Notes under the pieces: model-generated
What the model saw: the letters and a program-made list of their open reading frames with translations, nothing else
What the model was told of the DNA's origin: nothing
The model's database searches: none
From: Nitrososphaerota archaeon
GTDB taxonomy: Archaea; Thermoproteota; EX4484-205; JAAOZP01
Assembly: GCA_011605725.1 (NCBI GenBank)
Contig: JAAOZP010000015.1
Location: 1 to 62,594 of the forward strand
Direction: 5' to 3'
DNA: 62,594 nucleotides
Shown: positions 57,025 through 62,594 of the stretch, one piece after another
How positions within the stretch are numbered: the stretch's first letter is position 1
How the letters are laid out: every line of letters starts with the position of its first letter
Made by a program: the position numbers and the translations under genes

Positions 57025-57720
57025 ATGGTTAAAGTAAAGGTTAATAAGCTTTATTTATTACTGGAAACCAGCTGGTGGTACGGGTTGAGTGGAGAGGAAG
57101 GAGTGAAATTCCCCCTTTCAGAAGCATTCTCGTTCAGCCTTGAAAGCATTAAACGCAGATTCGGAAGAGCACTCATAACAATGCTGTCAATCATCCTGGG
57201 AATAGCCTTTCTAACCTTCCTCCTGACAACTGGCAGAATAGTCTCAGTCCTATACGGAGAGGGCTCCGGGGTAGCAGTACAGTTCTACCAGCTTTGGATG
57301 GCTGTCATAGCACTACTAATATGCTCCGTAGGAATAGTGAACAGCATGCTCATGAGCGTCACCGAAAGATACAAGGAGATAGGAACCATGAAGTGCCTAG
57401 GCGCGATGAACACCCACGTGCTCGAAATATTCCTGATAGAGGCACTGCTACTCGGCCTAATAGGCGGAGCCATCGGCGCCGTAGCAGGATGGACAATAGC
57501 GACAGTATGGCAGGCCTTCACACAAGCATCATCAGTAAACATATTCATGGTTTCAGCAAGCCTCTGGACAGAGTTCAACATCAGCAACCCGCTTCTACTC
57601 CTTGCAAACCCGCTGGTAAACATAGCTTTAAGCGTAATCATAGCATTACTAGCAGCACTGGCGCCAGCATACATAGCTGCCAAGCTAAGCCCAACGGAAG
57701 CCTTAAGATACGAAGTGTAG
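57025..57720 (+). CDS. FtsX/MacB-like ABC permease, compact; true start probably near 57085-57102
   Basis: GIVNSMLMSVTERYKEIGTMKCLGA, PAYIAAKLSPTEALRYE. Confidence 0.9.
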   Translation: MVKVKVNKLYLLLETSWWYGLSGEEGVKFPLSEAFSFSLESIKRRFGRALITMLSIILGIAFLTFLLTTGRIVSVLYGEGSGVAVQFYQLWMAVIALLICSVGIVNSMLMSVTERYKEIGTMKCLGAMNTHVLEIFLIEALLLGLIGGAIGAVAGWTIATVWQAFTQASSVNIFMVSASLWTEFNISNPLLLLANPLVNIALSVIIALLAALAPAYIAAKLSPTEALRYEV

Positions 57721-57727
57721 GAGGAGG

Positions 57728-58462
57728 ATGGGGAAAATGGCTCTCAGATACGAGTACGCGGTTGAAACCGAGGACCTCGCGAAATACTACGTCATGGGGC
57801 CAGTGACAGTCAGAGCACTAGACGGGGTCAGTGTGAAAATCAGGAGATCAGAATACCTGTCGATAATGGGACCCTCCGGAAGCGGCAAGACAACATTCTT
57901 CAACATGGTTGGAGGACTAGACAGGCCAACAAGAGGAAAAGTATTCATAGACGAGGTTGACATCGCAAGCCTAGACGCCTACGAGCTCGCATGGCTCAGA
58001 GCGAAGAAAATAGGATACATATTTCAAACATTCAACCTAATACCTGTGCTAACAGCGCTGGAAAACGTAATGCTACCAATGGTTTTCACAGGCGTAGAAA
58101 GAGAAGAAAGACTGAGGAGAGCAAGAGAAATGCTAACCAGAGTAGGCCTAGGGGAAAGACTCGACCACAAGCCCGGAGAACTCTCAGGAGGACAACAGCA
58201 GAGAGTAGCAATAGCAAGAGCACTAGTCAACGACCCAGTCATAGTCCTGGCAGACGAGCCCACCGGAAACCTAGACCTACATACAGGATTAGAAATAATT
58301 AACCTTTTAAAAACATTAAACACAGAGAAAAAAGTCACGATAATAAACGCGACGCACGATTTGAAAATGATCGATGTTTCGGACCGGATCTTCTGGTTGC
58401 GAGACGGTAAGATTGAGAGGATTGAGACTAGGGCTGAGGTTGCTGTTAAGGAAGTAGAGTAA
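57728..58462 (+). CDS. ABC transporter ATP-binding protein (LolD/MacB type)
   Basis: GPSGSGKT, IFQTFNLIP, LSGGQQQRVAIARAL, ADEPTGNLD. Confidence 0.95.
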   Translation: MGKMALRYEYAVETEDLAKYYVMGPVTVRALDGVSVKIRRSEYLSIMGPSGSGKTTFFNMVGGLDRPTRGKVFIDEVDIASLDAYELAWLRAKKIGYIFQTFNLIPVLTALENVMLPMVFTGVEREERLRRAREMLTRVGLGERLDHKPGELSGGQQQRVAIARALVNDPVIVLADEPTGNLDLHTGLEIINLLKTLNTEKKVTIINATHDLKMIDVSDRIFWLRDGKIERIETRAEVAVKEVE

Positions 58463-58473
58463 TATATAAAATA

Positions 58474-59298
58474 CTAAATCTTTATTTTTTCTCGGAGGCT
58501 GTTTCTGCTAAAATCTTCTCCATGAATTCTTTGAATTCTCTACGTGCTCTCCTGCTCCACTTTATTGACTTATCATACCGCAGGTATGCTTCTCTAATCT
58601 ATCTCCCTGAGTATCTGCTCATCGCTCATCCCCTTCGAGTCGAAAGTCGATTCGAAACCCGATTCTCCCCGTATTGTGATGAACTGGATTTTCACGCCGA
58701 ACTTCTCGCTAACCGTCTTGGCCACTTCGTCTCTCCACATCATTTCAGCTATTAAACGCCTCATCCGCTTATTTATCCGCTTGTTCTTGAACCTGTATTT
58801 CTTTAAACACTTGTCCCATTCCTTTCTTTCTATGTAGCCCATTATCTCTCTGTCTATTCTTTCCTCCTCCTCGTCGAGCTTTCTCTCCTCTTCCTTGCTT
58901 TTCGCCCTTTTGCGTTTCGGCCGATAGGTATCATCCAGTATATCTATCAACTCTGCCTTCGGTAAATGTGAAGCCTGCTTTTGGTGCGGATTCTTCCCTC
59001 CTCGTCCCCTCTAATGGATCTGCAACCAGCATTCGCATGTTCCGACCGAACCTTCCATTCTTCAACATCCTTTGGCATAGGAAATATTTCATATTTAGCT
59101 TCTTCGAGCTTATTCATGAAGTCTACCACTTTCTCAGGCTGGATTCTATCCATATTCCACGCTCACTACCCTAGCTACCTCTACCAGATTGCCATCATCA
59201 TTCAAGAAGAGCTTTATAAACGGATTCTTATAGCTTCCTATCATGCTCGGGATCTTGCCCTCTACATGCACTTCCTCCGGGTCGGATGCTAAAACCAT
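58474..59298 (-). pseudogene. Chain of frame-shifted hypothetical ORF fragments
   Basis: Abutting or overlapping fragments 59146-59298, 58947-59153, 58594-58950 and a continuation in another frame to a stop at 58474. Confidence 0.45.
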
Positions 59299-59612
59299 GG
59301 CAACAGCGCATCTCGCATCTCCCGCTGAATGTGCCTTCGGAATCTGGACTGCCTTCTTTAAAGAGTCTTGAAAACGTTGAAGTGAGGGTTTAGGCTTTTT
59401 GCTCAGGCTTCCTTAAAACCTTAGCTCGTGCCGGAGGATGGAGACGGAAAAATTTTCAAAGTGTTTTCACAATCTTCAGCCTCTTCCGGTTTGCGGCATC
59501 GGTGCTTAAAAACTCTTTCTAGTATTTTCAATGGTTTATGTTCAACTGGATACTTACATATCGTTATTCTACGAAAAACTTATTTAAAACATTCGCATAT
59601 GGTTTTCAAGCC

Positions 59613-60758
59613 ATGGGTAAGAGCGTTATGCCCGTTATAATCCTAGCCTTACTGTCAATCCTGCTTCCAGGTTTTTCAAAGGCCTACGCTTCCCCTTTCG
59701 AGCTTGCCCATGATGATGGCAATGCTGACTACGGCTGGTCAGACTTCTATCCCTCGGCTGCGATGGTGGGGTTCTCCCCTCCCTCGCAGAACTGGAGGAT
59801 AACGGCTATTAGGCTTCACGCCACATGCGTCCTCAGGGGCTCTCAAGTCTTCTACGTTCAAATCTGGGATGCTGGCTTAAACACCGTTTACTGGTCCGCG
59901 TTCCTCCCCAGCAGTGTTTTCAAGAACGCTACGCTAGACTGGTACACCATCCAGCTTCCAAACGTTGTTGTAACAGGGGATTTTTACGTTGTTATTGTTC
60001 CAATGTTCACCCTGGATGGTTCGCAACTATGGATAAGCGTCGACGACGACCCGCCTGTCGCTAACACCAGCTTCATCGCGGATGTGGATAAGCATGCTGT
60101 CTTAGCATCAATGAACGCGACGAGTAGGAGGCCCGGGGACTTCATGGTCAGGGTTGTCGGGGAGCCTACTCCAACACCCCCTGAGCTCAAACTATCCTCG
60201 ATAGATGTTGGCAAGGAGGAGACCATCGTTGCCTTCACCTACCCGGGTGAGGTTATGAGCATGGGTGCTAGGCTGGTTAAGCGTGACGGAAGCTTCACCG
60301 AGGAGAACATCACCAGGGATGGGCAGAGCCTCATCGTAAGGGTTGGGGATGAGGGCGTGTTAAACGTCTTCGTAATAACACTAGGCTCAGAGGTAATCGG
60401 CACGAGTATAAGGCTTGAAACAGGCTTGAGAAGCTTCTATAAATCTCTCTTGACGAATTACACGGTTCTGAAGGCTAAATCTGATGAGATGCGAAGACAG
60501 CTCGATTCCTTGGCGAGGGAGAACGAGGAGCTTAGGCTGGAGCTGAGGGATTCGAACATTCTAATCTCAGTCCTGGAGGAAAGGGTTAAAGTGCTCATGG
60601 GAAACATTACTCAGCAGAGCCAGCAGATGGCTGGTTTAACCAGGAGTATTGAAGACCTCAGGGTGGAGAATAGGCTTCTCCTATCGTCGACAATCATCCT
60701 GGCGGCAATCCTTCTCGCCACCATTGTTCCTCGCATTTGGAGGTTCAGGAGGAAGTGA
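59613..60758 (+). CDS. Secreted, C-terminally anchored surface protein with beta-rich N-domain and coiled coil
   Basis: Signal peptide ending SKAYA, ELAHDDG motif, several N-x-S/T sequons, coiled coil, C-terminal TM and RIWRFRRK. Confidence 0.75.
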   Translation: MGKSVMPVIILALLSILLPGFSKAYASPFELAHDDGNADYGWSDFYPSAAMVGFSPPSQNWRITAIRLHATCVLRGSQVFYVQIWDAGLNTVYWSAFLPSSVFKNATLDWYTIQLPNVVVTGDFYVVIVPMFTLDGSQLWISVDDDPPVANTSFIADVDKHAVLASMNATSRRPGDFMVRVVGEPTPTPPELKLSSIDVGKEETIVAFTYPGEVMSMGARLVKRDGSFTEENITRDGQSLIVRVGDEGVLNVFVITLGSEVIGTSIRLETGLRSFYKSLLTNYTVLKAKSDEMRRQLDSLARENEELRLELRDSNILISVLEERVKVLMGNITQQSQQMAGLTRSIEDLRVENRLLLSSTIILAAILLATIVPRIWRFRRK

Positions 60759-62594
60759 GGCCTAGGAAATCTGCTGGAATACTGCTGATCTACCTAGCAC
60801 TAAGCATAGAGTTTGCTCCAAGCCTCGTTTTCCAAAGGGTTCTGTCCCAGCAGAATGGTTACGAGGCTCTTCTAAGCAGGCTTGAAGAATACTTGACGGA
60901 TATCCTCCCACCCGAGTCCATGCCGGTGGAGGAGTGCGAGTATATCGCTCCAGACGGCTTTAATGCTTCCTACGCGGAGAGGCTCTGGAGGATCGTCAGC
61001 CCTCTAGTGAGCATGGGCAGCCCTATCGACAAGATTAGGAGCATGCTCCAGAACTCTACCCCCGGTGAGGCTGATGGGAGCATTCTCCTCGACTTCAACA
61101 ACACGAGGGTGGAGAAAAACCGGGATGGAAGCGTGACTGTCAGGATCCCTGTTGCCTCAGAAAAACCCCTGAATTACACTTATTGCAATTCCATAGGCGT
61201 GAGGATTCTTTACGAGGCTTGGAACGAGACCCTTGTTAGGTATTATGGGGTTGAAAGGTACACTGGTCTCTACAGGTATGTCGTCAAAGACATTGAGACT
61301 GGGGTTGTCTTCGACTTTGTTTCAAGGCTTGGCGTAAGCCCCTTCCCGGGTTTAGCCCTTGAGGACATTATGCTTCTCCACCCTGAGGGGAACTGGCCAT
61401 GGTTCCTGGGAAACCCGATCATAGCAGTACCGGGACACTATGAGGAGGTTAAGACCCTTCTCCCTGAGCATGAGGAGAGCTACAGGGTATTGTTCCCAGC
61501 TTATGATCCCATTATTATCGAGGGCTGGGTTGTAAGCACCAGCGTCTCCTCGACGAGCCTAAGCGTTGGAGAAACGCTTCAAATAAGCTATTGGGCGGAG
61601 TACTACTCTTTCCCCGGGGAGGAGCCTGAGCCGCTTAACGCAACCCTAACCCTTAGTGCTCCAGAATCCTTCCAGCCCTTGAATGGTGTTGAGAGAAAGC
61701 TTAGCGACGAGCATAAGTCTGGATCCTTCAATCTTAAGGCTGTTAAGCCGGGGACCTACAACCTCACCCTCAGGCTGAGCGGCAATGCCCAGTTCCTCCA
61801 TGCTCCTGGAGACGAGGAGACCTATACTATTCAGGTTGTTTCGCTGCCAGCCCCATCGCTGAGCGTGGAGATTGTTGAACGGGATACCTCTATACCTAAG
61901 CACGCTAGGCTTGTCCTCAGGCTTAGGAACGATGGCGGTAGTCCTGCGAGAAACGTGGTCGTGGAGATAGCGGGAGCATGCCTGCATGGCTTGAATAGAA
62001 GTGTTGGAAGCGTTGAAGCCGGGGAGGCGAGGAATGTTGAGCTAAGCCTTAGGCTTCTTAACCCTTCTTGCGAAGCCAGGATAATGGTTACTTATAGCGA
62101 TGATGAGGGCAACCCTTACCTCGTCAGCTTCTGGACTAGGGTTTCAACAGAAACTTTCTGGGTTCCAGAGCACTTTGAAGAATACATCGTCACTGTTCCT
62201 GAGCACGAGAAGGTTACGAGGATCTTCGTGCCGGGCTGCGAGAAGGCTACTCACGTCAGGTTCTACTGGCTAACCTTCAGACACCCAGCGCCTTCATACC
62301 CTGGGGAATTTGTAGTGCCCATGCCGACGTTCCAGGGTCATTACGGCGGCTTTGAGCTTGTTTCACACCTGACTCCGACGGGAGCACCGGAGCTGAACGC
62401 CTCCAGCTGGGATCCGGAGGAGTTTGGAAACCCTGATATGGTGTTGCTGAGTCTCGAGCCATACTTCGAGCAGGTCGGGGTCTTCGAGGAGAAGAATGCT
62501 GCGGAAATTCTCGGCGTTAAGCCGGGTTTGCTAAGGAGCAACAGCTCAATCGGTGAATACAGGACTAGGCTGGTCAGCCAGACGTGGAGGATTA
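60755..62594 (+). CDS. Large secreted protein with Ig/CARDB-like domain, partial (>613 aa, runs off the window; absent from the ORF track)
   Basis: GTG overlaps the upstream TGA; hand translation is stop-free to the end; signal-like MRPRKSAGILLIYLALSI; LRLRNDGGSPARNVVVEI..VGSVEAGE..VTYSDDEGNPY. Confidence 0.8.
   Translation, partial: MRPRKSAGILLIYLALSIEFAPSLVFQRVLSQQNGYEALLSRLEEYLTDILPPESMPVEECEYIAPDGFNASYAERLWRIVSPLVSMGSPIDKIRSMLQNSTPGEADGSILLDFNNTRVEKNRDGSVTVRIPVASEKPLNYTYCNSIGVRILYEAWNETLVRYYGVERYTGLYRYVVKDIETGVVFDFVSRLGVSPFPGLALEDIMLLHPEGNWPWFLGNPIIAVPGHYEEVKTLLPEHEESYRVLFPAYDPIIIEGWVVSTSVSSTSLSVGETLQISYWAEYYSFPGEEPEPLNATLTLSAPESFQPLNGVERKLSDEHKSGSFNLKAVKPGTYNLTLRLSGNAQFLHAPGDEETYTIQVVSLPAPSLSVEIVERDTSIPKHARLVLRLRNDGGSPARNVVVEIAGACLHGLNRSVGSVEAGEARNVELSLRLLNPSCEARIMVTYSDDEGNPYLVSFWTRVSTETFWVPEHFEEYIVTVPEHEKVTRIFVPGCEKATHVRFYWLTFRHPAPSYPGEFVVPMPTFQGHYGGFELVSHLTPTGAPELNASSWDPEEFGNPDMVLLSLEPYFEQVGVFEEKNAAEILGVKPGLLRSNSSIGEYRTRLVSQTWRI

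Noticed and set aside
1-62594. CRISPR array, rRNA, intact transposase or integrase, inteins
   Set aside because: No regularly spaced repeats, rRNA motifs or recombinase ORFs seen; RpoA, RpoB, PolB1 and Top6B have normal lengths.

Overview
Core-genome segment of a TACK-type archaeon. The lineage is inferred from an unsplit RpoB, a fused RpoA'/A'', co-occurring PolB1 and PolD small subunit, and a tRNA splicing endonuclease with the crenarchaeal-specific loop; a Brockarchaeota/Bathyarchaeia-like organism is plausible but not provable here. Conserved clusters: aIF2b-DUF424-aIF1A-Rio1-Dim2-top6B, rpoH-rpoB-rpoA-L30e-nusA-S12-S7, and the Pop5-psmA-SBDS-exosome-L37ae-Pcc1-PfdB superoperon. Also glyS, fen1, ino1, ahcY, mtaB, RPA, Alba and ECF/ABC transporters. 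There are four tRNA genes: initiator Met (no intron), Ala(CGC) with a 44/45 intron, Ile2(CAT) with a 38/39 intron, and Tyr(GTA) with three introns, about 640 bp from the splicing endonuclease gene. Accessory patches sit at the left end (degenerate tRNA-Leu fragment, carbohydrate-active genes), between tRNA-Ala and tRNA-Ile2, and at the right end (eroded ORFs and two secreted proteins, one running off the window). Best candidates for undescribed biology: (i) a coupled operon of two paralogous winged-helix proteins, NurA and HerA without Mre11/Rad50, whose promoter carries an ACGT array with 6-nt period; (ii) a CedA1/VirB2-like pilin candidate in the usual top6A position; (iii) the multi-intron tRNA set. 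All calls are from motif reading by eye, without database searches.
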